From an uncultured Desulfosarcina sp. (GTDB lineage Bacteria > Desulfobacterota > Desulfobacteria > Desulfobacterales > Desulfosarcinaceae), in assembly GCA_963674945.2 (NCBI GenBank), contig CAXXWQ010000004.1, positions 160,001 to 224,000 of the forward strand: DNA of 64,000 nt, read 5' to 3'. The first letter of the stretch is position 1, and each line of letters starts with the position of its first letter. The notes beneath the pieces are model-generated. The model was not told where the DNA came from. It made no database searches and saw only the letters and a list, made by a program, of their open reading frames with translations. Of this stretch, positions 29,837-38,958 are shown in pieces. The position numbers were made by a program, and so were the translations under genes.

Positions 29837-30466
29837 TTACCACCATTTAAACTTTTCCGTTAACTTTTTATAGTTTTCGATATCTTTTGAGAAAGAATGT
29901 TTGATATAACTTAGTTCATCACGTGTTACTATTCTTCTGTTTGAATAAAGTTTATTGATCACTTTCATATTTGTATGTTGTAGGCGACCTTTTAAAAAAA
30001 TATTTAATCTACTTACACTTTCTTCCATTCTATCCTGAAAGCCTACAAAATCATATAAATCCAAATTATCTCCAAGCATTATGCTCGCGGTATTTCTTCC
30101 TCTTTCCTTAATATATTTTTCTATTGGATATCCGGAATAGTAACGAAATTTCTTTTTAATACTTTTATTAGTAACATCATAGTGATAATGAGAAATGAAT
30201 CTTTCCACCGGTTCTCTTAACCAAGTAACGAACTTCCAACCTTCATTTTTCAAATGTTCATACTTTGCAATTGGAAAGTGGCCAATGATAAAATTATAAT
30301 CTTTGTAGTTATTTGGGTAGACGAAAACAGGAAAACTTTCCATATCATAAAACTTGAAATTATGATGATAATAATCTTCCAATAACTCATCTTTATAATT
30401 TCTTTTCAGCATTTCTCTTAATGCAGTTCCAGCCGTTTTATAAATGTGTAGAAAAACAATTTTCAT
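29837..30466 (-). CDS. PAPS-dependent sulfotransferase (Sulfotransfer_2-like)
   Basis: 5'-PSB motif FLHIYKTAGTAL and 3'-PB motif LREPVERFISHY. Confidence 0.85.
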   Translation of the reverse strand: MKIVFLHIYKTAGTALREMLKRNYKDELLEDYYHHNFKFYDMESFPVFVYPNNYKDYNFIIGHFPIAKYEHLKNEGWKFVTWLREPVERFISHYHYDVTNKSIKKKFRYYSGYPIEKYIKERGRNTASIMLGDNLDLYDFVGFQDRMEESVSRLNIFLKGRLQHTNMKVINKLYSNRRIVTRDELSYIKHSFSKDIENYKKLTEKFKWW

Positions 30467-30505
30467 TTTACACCTAAACTGAGAATTTCGCTGAATAATA
30501 GATAA

Positions 30506-32650
30506 TCAAAGAAGCATCCTTTCTCGAAGAGATCTTAATTTTTTCCTATATTTTTCATTTTGCACATAGTTAAATGAATTTTGAAATACAATATCGTTAT
30601 CAGGGTTACATTGAACAGCTTTAAGTAGGTATTTTTCGCATTCTGGATGTTTACCGATTCTCTTTGCCAAAACTCCGAGAAGACACATCAAATCTGAATT
30701 TATATCGAAATTTCGTATTGCCGTAATTACTTTATCACCCGCTCTTTCAATTTTATAATCATCTATTAATTTTTTTATTTCATTGACCGTATTATTATAA
30801 GATTCAATTGTAATCCCTACATTATTTTTATATTTTTCATCTAAATAATAAAAACCTGAATTATTTAAGAGCCTAAATATGAACTTTTCTCTTCCAAGAT
30901 TTAAGCAGCAACGCAAAACAAGTCGAAAAATCGGCTCATTCATGTTTCTTCTTGATATCTTTAATAAATATCGTAAGGCATTATGATAATCGTGATATTT
31001 AAGAAAGATTTGTCCGACTCTTTTATGAAACTCATCATTCAGATCATTTTTAGAGACTTTTTTCAAATCAGGAAAAATAACTTCCGGATCCCACTTTTCG
31101 ATAATCTTTCTAACGATCTTCGACTCATATGAATATTCCATACACTCAGAAAAAGAAGCGTTGTCATCATGCCACCTGTAACGACAAACTACCATATCTG
31201 CTTTATAAGGCACTAACCGAGAAGAAGCTCTTACCCAAAAATCGTAATCCTCCGCTCTTTCAAATTCAACATCATATTCTCCAACCTCCTGATATAGCTC
31301 TTTTTTTACCAAACTACAAGGATTTGGAATCTTACAACCTGTTATCAAATGTCCGATTAAACTTCCATTGACCTTTGAAAAATCCAATGGATCAAAAAAG
31401 TCAACTTCAATATTTTTCGTATTTCCGAAATATCGTAACTTTCCATAAATCAAGTTGATATTTGGTATCATATCAATGATTTTATGATATTCTTCGACAA
31501 TCATTGGTTCCATTACATCATCATCATCAAGCCAAAGAATATACTTCCCTTTTGCCTCCAAAATTCCACGATTCCGTGCTTCTGGCCTGCCTAAATTGAC
31601 AGAGTTCTTTATATATCTGATTGTATTTTCTCTAAAATTATTTACAACTTCTCTTGTATCGTCAGTCGAGCCATCATCTACAACGATAATTTCCGTAGCT
31701 GGAAATGTCTGATTTATTGCACTGGATAGCGATTCGGCTAAGAAATGACTTCGATTGTAGGTTGTGATTACAATACTAATGATTGGAGCATTGTCTGTTA
31801 CTGAAATATGGTTTTCAACAGGCGAAATGAAATATATTGGTACCTCCTGATGGCAACTCTTTATATCCGATTTTTCATAGTTGTCTATATCAATTCTATA
31901 TCCTTGTTCGAACTTTTCTGAAAGAAACTCAATATTGTAGGAAATTTTCGATCCACTTCTATTACTCCAGGATGTTTGTACAATATTAATTGGATTGCAG
32001 AACGCAACAGACTTCTTGAAACAGATAATCTCAGGCATCGTTTCAAGAAAATATTTTTTTACCTGATCAAAACCTAATTCTAAGGTGTTTGGATTATCGT
32101 AGTGAAGATCATACATTAGCTGCAATATGTTACTTGTACGATACAAAGAACTTGATACTTCTAATGGATAGCCAAAATCCAAATATGAATTCGACCAATC
32201 AAATTTTATTTGATTTTGCTTAATATTTTTATGGGTCGGTAATTTTTGACCTTTTTGGTGCATGTAACAATAAGTTATATTTTTTCCCAATCGAAACGAA
32301 AATCCAATGGAATCTTCGTTCCCACTTAACGCGTCTATAGAAGATTGAATTTTGAATTGTTGATAAAAAAGATTATCATCAACCAAAAATAATATTAATT
32401 TACTATCCTCGATAATTTCTAATAAATTTGTTTTAAATTTTGTTTCTTTGATAAATGAAACATCTGGGTAATCAATAGTCAATTGTTCATACTGTCTTTG
32501 ATGCTTTTTGCTGGTTGTTTTATAAAGAACATTCAGATCAACGTACTCATTATCAAGGCAATATTTTCTGAACGAGGATAACAAAGCGTCAAGCTGCAAG
32601 GCTCTGTCTTTACTAAATACCACCCCTGTTACTTTCAAAGTACTATTCAT
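30506..32650 (-). CDS. Two-domain glycosyltransferase (uncharacterised N-terminal GT-like domain + GT2, TPR-like tail)
   Basis: N-term FSKDRALQL...FLVDD; central ITTYNR, VDDGSTD, ARN, LDDDD, EDYDFWVR. Confidence 0.85.
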   Translation of the reverse strand: MNSTLKVTGVVFSKDRALQLDALLSSFRKYCLDNEYVDLNVLYKTTSKKHQRQYEQLTIDYPDVSFIKETKFKTNLLEIIEDSKLILFLVDDNLFYQQFKIQSSIDALSGNEDSIGFSFRLGKNITYCYMHQKGQKLPTHKNIKQNQIKFDWSNSYLDFGYPLEVSSSLYRTSNILQLMYDLHYDNPNTLELGFDQVKKYFLETMPEIICFKKSVAFCNPINIVQTSWSNRSGSKISYNIEFLSEKFEQGYRIDIDNYEKSDIKSCHQEVPIYFISPVENHISVTDNAPIISIVITTYNRSHFLAESLSSAINQTFPATEIIVVDDGSTDDTREVVNNFRENTIRYIKNSVNLGRPEARNRGILEAKGKYILWLDDDDVMEPMIVEEYHKIIDMIPNINLIYGKLRYFGNTKNIEVDFFDPLDFSKVNGSLIGHLITGCKIPNPCSLVKKELYQEVGEYDVEFERAEDYDFWVRASSRLVPYKADMVVCRYRWHDDNASFSECMEYSYESKIVRKIIEKWDPEVIFPDLKKVSKNDLNDEFHKRVGQIFLKYHDYHNALRYLLKISRRNMNEPIFRLVLRCCLNLGREKFIFRLLNNSGFYYLDEKYKNNVGITIESYNNTVNEIKKLIDDYKIERAGDKVITAIRNFDINSDLMCLLGVLAKRIGKHPECEKYLLKAVQCNPDNDIVFQNSFNYVQNEKYRKKLRSLRERMLL

Positions 32651-32815
32651 TGAAATTTCAACCTATATTGTTGAATGAAGCAATTCCAACGTCATTATTA
32701 AGTCGTCATCTGACAAAATAATGGCGATTATGAATCTATCAATTGGCGTCAGCTAAAAAGTCACCACGCCGGTAATGCTAAAACCGCAATTCTTACGGTT
32801 AAATTCATTCAATAC

Positions 32816-32843
32816 TGGTACCGTTATTGCAAACGGTATACCA
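32816..32843. promoter_or_regulatory. Overlapping divergent pair of sigma54 promoters sharing one -12 GC
   Basis: + strand TGGTACCGTTATTGCA (32816-32831); - strand TGGTATACCGTTTGCA (32843-32828); both GG-N10-GC. Confidence 0.7.
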
Positions 32844-32996
32844 TAACTTATTAACTGCCAATGCCCCTTGATAAGAGCATCGCTCTAAATTCCAATTTTG
32901 GGAATTTTTAAGGAAATCGTCTTATTGTAGTTAATGTCGGATTAAAACTGTTTATAACTTTTTCAGACTTTGGAAAAATAATCTCTACGAAAAATT

Positions 32997-33722
32997 ATGA
33001 AATCTTTGCCAATATCCCAAAAAGAAAAAATCGAAAATTTTAAAAGGGATTTATTCAGATTCGAAGATCTTAATGAGAAAAGTGAATTTCGTTTCGAATT
33101 TTCGAGAACAAAAATCATGCCCTGCTTAGATGATAATACTGGAAAAACTCTGTTCGATAGACACTATATTTTTCATACTGCATGGGCATTTCGTAAAGTT
33201 GTTGAAAATATGCCCATGAAGCATATTGACATTTCTTCGAGTCTCTATTTTTCAACCTCACTATCAGCCATATTACCCGTTGAATTTTATGACTTTCGTC
33301 CCCCAAAAATAGAATTGGATAATTTCAACGCTTACCATGCTGATTTAAATCATTTACCATTTAAAAATTGTAGCCAAAACTCGATATCTTGCATGCATGT
33401 AGTCGAGCATATTGGTCTTGGCAGATATGGTGATCCAATTGATCCGGATGGTGATCTAAAAGCCATTGATGAATTAAAAAGAACCCTGAAACCTTCAGGG
33501 AAACTATTATTTGTTGTCCCGATTGGAAAACCGTTTATATGCTTTAACGCTCATCGAATATACACACATGAACAAATACTCTCCTATTTTAAAAATTTCT
33601 CCTTACTTGAATTTTCACTAATTCCGGACAATCCAAAAGACGGTGATATTGTAACCAATCCAAGCGAAACACTGATTAACAAACAAAATTATGGATGTGG
33701 TTGTTATCTATTCAAGAAATGA
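32997..33722 (+). CDS. DUF268-like SAM methyltransferase-fold protein
   Basis: FDRHYIFHTAWA, SISCMHVVEHIGLGRYGDPIDPDGD, FNAHRIY. Confidence 0.75.
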   Translation: MKSLPISQKEKIENFKRDLFRFEDLNEKSEFRFEFSRTKIMPCLDDNTGKTLFDRHYIFHTAWAFRKVVENMPMKHIDISSSLYFSTSLSAILPVEFYDFRPPKIELDNFNAYHADLNHLPFKNCSQNSISCMHVVEHIGLGRYGDPIDPDGDLKAIDELKRTLKPSGKLLFVVPIGKPFICFNAHRIYTHEQILSYFKNFSLLEFSLIPDNPKDGDIVTNPSETLINKQNYGCGCYLFKK

Positions 33723-33797
33723 TTGGTTTATCCGCCCAGCAACTACTATCGTATTACCTACGGCTTCTGGATTATGGTGGCAGTCAGTTAAACAGCA

Positions 33798-34490
33798 TTA
33801 TTTCGAAATTTCCTTTTGTATGATGATTTGAATTTGCGCCAACGCAGATCCCATCGTCTGATCGACAGCAATTCCAAGCCCCGAAAAGAAAATATTGAGT
33901 TCATCCAACAAGGGAACTGTGAGTAATTTTTTCCCATTGAGTTGATGAATTAATTGCATATATTTTTTCCGTATTGCTTTTTGAGTGCAATTTTCTTTTC
34001 CAATTTTTTGCAGCTTATAATCGTATCGATAATCATGAACTGTCGCTGAAATGATTTGCGCACCCGGTAGACATTCATGCAATTCAAATATATCGTAAGA
34101 GCAAGGAGACCAGGTGCTTTTCGTTTTAAATCGGAATGTAGCCTTGTGGTCTGAATTGAATCTGCTTGGCCACTGCCCTTGTTCATATAAATTCTCGTGA
34201 GGTACAACAGTAACAAGATATCCACCGGGCCTGACAACCTGCCACCAATCTTTCAGGGCTTTATCTGGATTATGCATATGTTCAAGACAGTGGCTGCTAT
34301 TTACGGTATCATAACTATTCTGGCCAATATATGTTAAAATATGATTCGCATCTCCATGTTGTTTATCAAAAGCCTGTGCATGAGATACAACCAAATCGTT
34401 ACCGCATCCGATATCCAGTACTGTACCTGAGAAATATTTTTTCTCAAAATCTTTACCACGAACTATTCTCGTCTTTGTCGATTCGTTCAT
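33798..34490 (-). CDS. Class I SAM-dependent methyltransferase
   Basis: VLDIGCG motif I, SSHCLEH, VRPGGYL. Confidence 0.85.
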   Translation of the reverse strand: MNESTKTRIVRGKDFEKKYFSGTVLDIGCGNDLVVSHAQAFDKQHGDANHILTYIGQNSYDTVNSSHCLEHMHNPDKALKDWWQVVRPGGYLVTVVPHENLYEQGQWPSRFNSDHKATFRFKTKSTWSPCSYDIFELHECLPGAQIISATVHDYRYDYKLQKIGKENCTQKAIRKKYMQLIHQLNGKKLLTVPLLDELNIFFSGLGIAVDQTMGSALAQIQIIIQKEISK

Positions 34491-34518
34491 TTTTCTTTAT
34501 GCACACGAATGTTTAAAG

Positions 34519-36987
34519 TTAATGATAATTCTGTTCAAAATTTGCGTAGACATCAATTTTGCGAGGCGGCCTTCCTCCACGATATATTCCCCACATATGC
34601 TGATAAGCGTCTTCAAGATGACTTACAAATTGTTTTGTATTGAACAATGGCTTTGACTTTCGATTTTTATCTAGTTTTTTCACTATTTTTTTGAAATATG
34701 CTGGATTCTGAGCCATATTTACGGCCAAATCTTGATATTCAGAAAGGCTTTTTGCCACCAATTCAGGAAGTCCGATTGCATTAAGTAAACTTGCGGAAAC
34801 ACGGGAAGCGAAATGTCTTCCAAGCAATGAAATAACCGGTACGCCTGCCCATAGCGCATCACTTGTCGTTGTATGGCCATTTACGATTCGAGTATCTAAC
34901 GCCACATCTGCCAGTTTTATTCTTGCCAAATGTTTATTTTTAAGAAGGCTGCCTGAAAAAATAATACGACTTTTTTCTATTCCTTGTTTTTCGGCTTCAA
35001 TTTTTAAATTTCGCTTTCCTGTTTCTGAACGGTCCATTAACCAAAGGACAGAACCAGGAACTTTTCGTAGAATATTCATCCATGTAGTAAACATGACAGG
35101 TTCGATTTTATAAAACTCATTAAAAGAACAATACACAAACCCTGAAGAAGGCAAGCCAAAATCCTTTCGATTGTATGAGTCACTGCTGATTTCTTGGTGA
35201 GAATCGTTCACCTGGTAAGTGTGGGGGAGATAGACTGGCTTTTCGGAATAATAAGACAGGTGTTCTCTTGGCGTGACTACTGGATCGGTTATAATGTAGT
35301 CAATGAATCTTGCACCCGTTGTACCGGGAAATCCCAAGTACGACACTTGGATAGGAGCTGGTTTGAAGGTGCAGATTTCGAATCTGTTACCTTGGGTATA
35401 TCCTTTAAGTTCAACAAGAATATCGACGTGATCATCGAATATGCACTGTGCCGCTTTCCTGTCTGACAGGTTCGATATATCCTTGAAATGATCACATGTT
35501 TCCATTATTTTTTTTCTGTAATAGCTTCCATCGTTGGAACCATATGAATAGATATTAATTTTAAATTTATTCCTATCGTGTAATCCAAAAAGCCCCAGCA
35601 TGAGATGTGAAGTTGCATGATTTTTAAAATCACTGGAAAGGTATCCCACCACGATTCTGTCTTTTCGCCGATTCTTCATACTACAAAATTGCTTCTGTTT
35701 AGATCCTGCGTTTCCAAATTTTGCAGCAATTTGAGTCTCAATAGAATTGGCCCAGGATTGCGCCACTAAATAATTATAGTCCGGGTCGTCAGATATTGAA
35801 AAAGTGAGAAATGGTAATTCAGGTGCCCGCTCTTTCCTGTCCAAACATCTTCTTGTAAGCATTTTCATACGACGAATATAAGGGGGGAGTTTCTGCCATG
35901 CACAAGCCTGTTGGAGTTGACGAATAAGCATACTCAAGGATTCTCCCCACTCCGGTTCTAGTTCCAATGCTTTCTCATAGCATCCAACCGCTTCATCCGA
36001 CTTGTTGATCCGACTGTAGACATTACCTAAATTATAGTAAAAGTCTGGACATTTTGAATCAACCTTTATCGCACGTTTATAGCAGGCAATGGCCCGGTCA
36101 TATTGGTTAGCATTTTTAAAAAGTAGCCCCATATTGTTCAAGGCAAACGCGTCATTCGGTTTCACGGATGCGCATCGCTGATAGCATTTCCATGCAGCAT
36201 TCATCATTCCAAGCTTACCATAAATGGTTCCTGCGTCGTTTAGCATCTCAGCATTTGTCGGAGCCAAACGCATAGCTGTTTCGTATGCCGTGATTGATTC
36301 TTCCAAAAGTCCTAACAGGCAGAGCGTATAACCTAAATTTGCATAAGCATGTGCGCATTCAGGATCCAGCTGAATTGCTTTCTTGTAACTTTCAATTGCC
36401 TCTTCGTAACGCCCACTCAATTTAAGTGCATTACCCCGATTGTTGTATGCATCCGAACAGTCAGGGGCATAAAAAATGGAAAGATTGTAGTGATTCAGCG
36501 CCTCTTCACTTTTCCCTATGGATTGATAGGCAACTCCGAGATTGTTATGTATCTTCGCTGCATCCGGCTTATACTCGATGGCCTTTTTATAGGCTTGTAT
36601 GGCAGATTTGAATTTTTCTACTTGTTGATACGTGTTTCCCATATTGAAATATGCATCAGCATATTCAGGGTACAGTTGGGTTGCTCTTATATATGCTGCA
36701 ATCGCGCTTTCTATCTCTCCCTTTTGTTTAAATACGTTTCCAAGGCTGTTATAAAATTCACTCCGCTCTGGATCGGCGGCAATCGAACGTCTGATGAAAT
36801 TCAGTGCCGATTCCGTTTCATTCGCCTGCAATGCGGCCTGTCCCAACAAATGCAACGCATCAGCTTGATCAGGACACATTGAAAGGATATTCCGATATGC
36901 GTGGACGGCTTCTGGCAATTTTCCTGACTGATGCAATGCAACTGCTTTACGAAGATCTTGTTGTATTTCCACTGGTACACCTACCAC
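34519..36987 (-). CDS. TPR + GT41 (O-GlcNAc transferase/SPINDLY-like) glycosyltransferase
   Basis: ~10 TPRs; GYLSSDFKNHATSHL, APIQVSYLGFPGTTG, SFNEFYKI, NGHTTTSDALWAGVPV, ASRVSASLL. Confidence 0.92.
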   Translation of the reverse strand: MVGVPVEIQQDLRKAVALHQSGKLPEAVHAYRNILSMCPDQADALHLLGQAALQANETESALNFIRRSIAADPERSEFYNSLGNVFKQKGEIESAIAAYIRATQLYPEYADAYFNMGNTYQQVEKFKSAIQAYKKAIEYKPDAAKIHNNLGVAYQSIGKSEEALNHYNLSIFYAPDCSDAYNNRGNALKLSGRYEEAIESYKKAIQLDPECAHAYANLGYTLCLLGLLEESITAYETAMRLAPTNAEMLNDAGTIYGKLGMMNAAWKCYQRCASVKPNDAFALNNMGLLFKNANQYDRAIACYKRAIKVDSKCPDFYYNLGNVYSRINKSDEAVGCYEKALELEPEWGESLSMLIRQLQQACAWQKLPPYIRRMKMLTRRCLDRKERAPELPFLTFSISDDPDYNYLVAQSWANSIETQIAAKFGNAGSKQKQFCSMKNRRKDRIVVGYLSSDFKNHATSHLMLGLFGLHDRNKFKINIYSYGSNDGSYYRKKIMETCDHFKDISNLSDRKAAQCIFDDHVDILVELKGYTQGNRFEICTFKPAPIQVSYLGFPGTTGARFIDYIITDPVVTPREHLSYYSEKPVYLPHTYQVNDSHQEISSDSYNRKDFGLPSSGFVYCSFNEFYKIEPVMFTTWMNILRKVPGSVLWLMDRSETGKRNLKIEAEKQGIEKSRIIFSGSLLKNKHLARIKLADVALDTRIVNGHTTTSDALWAGVPVISLLGRHFASRVSASLLNAIGLPELVAKSLSEYQDLAVNMAQNPAYFKKIVKKLDKNRKSKPLFNTKQFVSHLEDAYQHMWGIYRGGRPPRKIDVYANFEQNYH

Positions 36988-38764
36988 TGATTTTGATCTT
37001 TTTTAGATCTGTTACTATCTCTTTTATGACTCGACTCCAGTCTCCAGCCTGATGCTGCCTGAAAAGACGCATCGTGGGGTACCAGGGAGAATCGTCTCGA
37101 TGCAAAAACCATCTCCAATCTGCAGCGTATGGGAGCAAAACCCAAACCGGTTTTCCCATAGCGCCTGCCAAATGGGCGACTGCCGTGTCTACGCTTATAA
37201 TAAGATCCAAGTTTGATACGGCACCAGCCGTGTCTGCAAAATCTTTAAAAAGAGGACCTAAATTAATTATCTCAATCCCCCCAAATCGGGTCAGTGAAGC
37301 CTCTTCATTCTTTTGAAGTCCAAATATATCGAAATTCTTGCTGCACAATAGAGAATATATCTGGTTTACATCACAGGATTTTTCGTGTTCGTAGGTTTTT
37401 GATGCCGCCCAAACCACGCCAATTTTAAGCTTACTTCCTTGACATATAGGTTTCCAGTATCTCTTTTTCTCAGGGGATGCATGAATATATGGGACTGATT
37501 TTGGAATTGTATCTACCGTCGTCTTCAATACCAAAGGCAAACTCATGAGAGGAATAAAGTAGTCATATGAGAATTCGGGTGGATGGTCGAAGGACATCGG
37601 CACGAGTCGATCCACCCCTGGAAAGTCTTTGAACAGTTCCAGAAGTTCTTTACGCGTTTCGAAAATGACAAATCCGCCCAATGCCTTTACCAACGGTAAA
37701 TAGCGTGATAACCAGATGATGTCTCCAAAGCCTTGCTCACTAGGAACGAACAATGTTTTTCCAGGAAATGGTTTCCCATCCCATCTTGGCCCTTTCAAAC
37801 GATGAGGGTAGATACGTTTCCAACGATCACGCCGGAATCGCCACTCATATTCCTTCCATCCCTTTTCAAAGTCCCCACTGGCAAGTAATGCAAGTGAGCG
37901 ATTAAAGCGAGCATCGAAATGTTCCGGTTGCAGTTCCAATACCTTGTTGTAATGAAACAAGGCGTTTTCTAATTGGTTTTGATCTTGATAGAGCTTTCCT
38001 AGATTATGATGTGCATCGGCAATTGGAGGCTCACAGTGTACTGCTTTCAGGTAATAGTCTTCCGCTTTGCCAAGTTGCCTTTGTTTTTGATACAATATTC
38101 CCACATTATAATTAACAGACGGATTTTCAGGTTCAACCTTCAAAGCCTTTTTGTATTGCTCAATGGCCGAATCATAGGCTTTCAATTCCCGATAAACATT
38201 ACCTAAATTATTGAGGGCTTCAAGATAACTGGAATCAATGGATATCGCATTCTTGAAACAGGAAATCGCCATATTCAGTCTTTTTTGGTTATGATAAGCG
38301 ATTCCCAAATTGTTATGAATCTGTGGGATTTTCGAATCGATTTGAATGGATCTTTTATAACAAGTAATCGCTCCTTGATTATCACCAACCTCACGCAAGG
38401 TGTTTCCCAAATTGAATAAGGCCGGTAACAGATCAGGTTGTAATTTTAAGGCATATCGATAATTATAAATCGCTTGTGTGAAGTTTCCTTCATGATGTAA
38501 AATCTCTCCGTAACTTACATAATAAAGCGCTTCATCATTATTTTCAGCAATTGCCCGTTGTATGCTTTTTTTTGCTTTATCGACGTCACGCGTTTCGAAA
38601 TGGCACAACCCATTGAAGTAACTGTTATTCAAATAATTTTTTAATACTTGAGCCTTATTGTGATGGACACGCATCGTCGATGAAATGCGGCATCCTTGTT
38701 TTCGATCTTTAGTTCTGTGCAATTCAAATCCCATCTCAAATATATTACCAATCTTTCTCGACAA
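36947..38764 (-). CDS. TPR + GT9-like glycosyltransferase
   Basis: TPRs; GWKEYEWR, EQGFGD, ISVDTAVAHLAGAMGKP, DWRW...SPWYPTMRLFRQ. Confidence 0.88.
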   Translation of the reverse strand: MSRKIGNIFEMGFELHRTKDRKQGCRISSTMRVHHNKAQVLKNYLNNSYFNGLCHFETRDVDKAKKSIQRAIAENNDEALYYVSYGEILHHEGNFTQAIYNYRYALKLQPDLLPALFNLGNTLREVGDNQGAITCYKRSIQIDSKIPQIHNNLGIAYHNQKRLNMAISCFKNAISIDSSYLEALNNLGNVYRELKAYDSAIEQYKKALKVEPENPSVNYNVGILYQKQRQLGKAEDYYLKAVHCEPPIADAHHNLGKLYQDQNQLENALFHYNKVLELQPEHFDARFNRSLALLASGDFEKGWKEYEWRFRRDRWKRIYPHRLKGPRWDGKPFPGKTLFVPSEQGFGDIIWLSRYLPLVKALGGFVIFETRKELLELFKDFPGVDRLVPMSFDHPPEFSYDYFIPLMSLPLVLKTTVDTIPKSVPYIHASPEKKRYWKPICQGSKLKIGVVWAASKTYEHEKSCDVNQIYSLLCSKNFDIFGLQKNEEASLTRFGGIEIINLGPLFKDFADTAGAVSNLDLIISVDTAVAHLAGAMGKPVWVLLPYAADWRWFLHRDDSPWYPTMRLFRQHQAGDWSRVIKEIVTDLKKIKISGRCTSGNTTRSS

Positions 38765-38781
38765 ATAACATTTTATGGACG

Positions 38782-38795
38782 GTCACTTTTCTGAC
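38782..38795. promoter_or_regulatory. FleQ-type box in the glycosylation island
   Basis: Perfect GTCA-CTTTTC-TGAC in the divergent intergenic region. Confidence 0.5.
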
Positions 38796-38830
38796 GTTTC
38801 ATGAACAAAACGAAGTGACAGCATAATTTT

Positions 38831-38846
38831 AGCAACAAACATACCA
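38831..38846 (-). promoter_or_regulatory. sigma54 promoter for the TPR-GT9/GT41/methyltransferase operon
   Basis: Minus strand TGGTATGTTTGTTGCT = GG-N10-GC. Confidence 0.7.
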
Positions 38847-38958
38847 AATCTTTCAGTTCCATGATGCCAAGAAAAAATGAAAATGAAAGGCCTCGTTGAT
38901 AATCTTTGTTTGCTCTGTTATTGTTGTAAAAGTGATATTTGGCCCAAGAGGAGATGCA

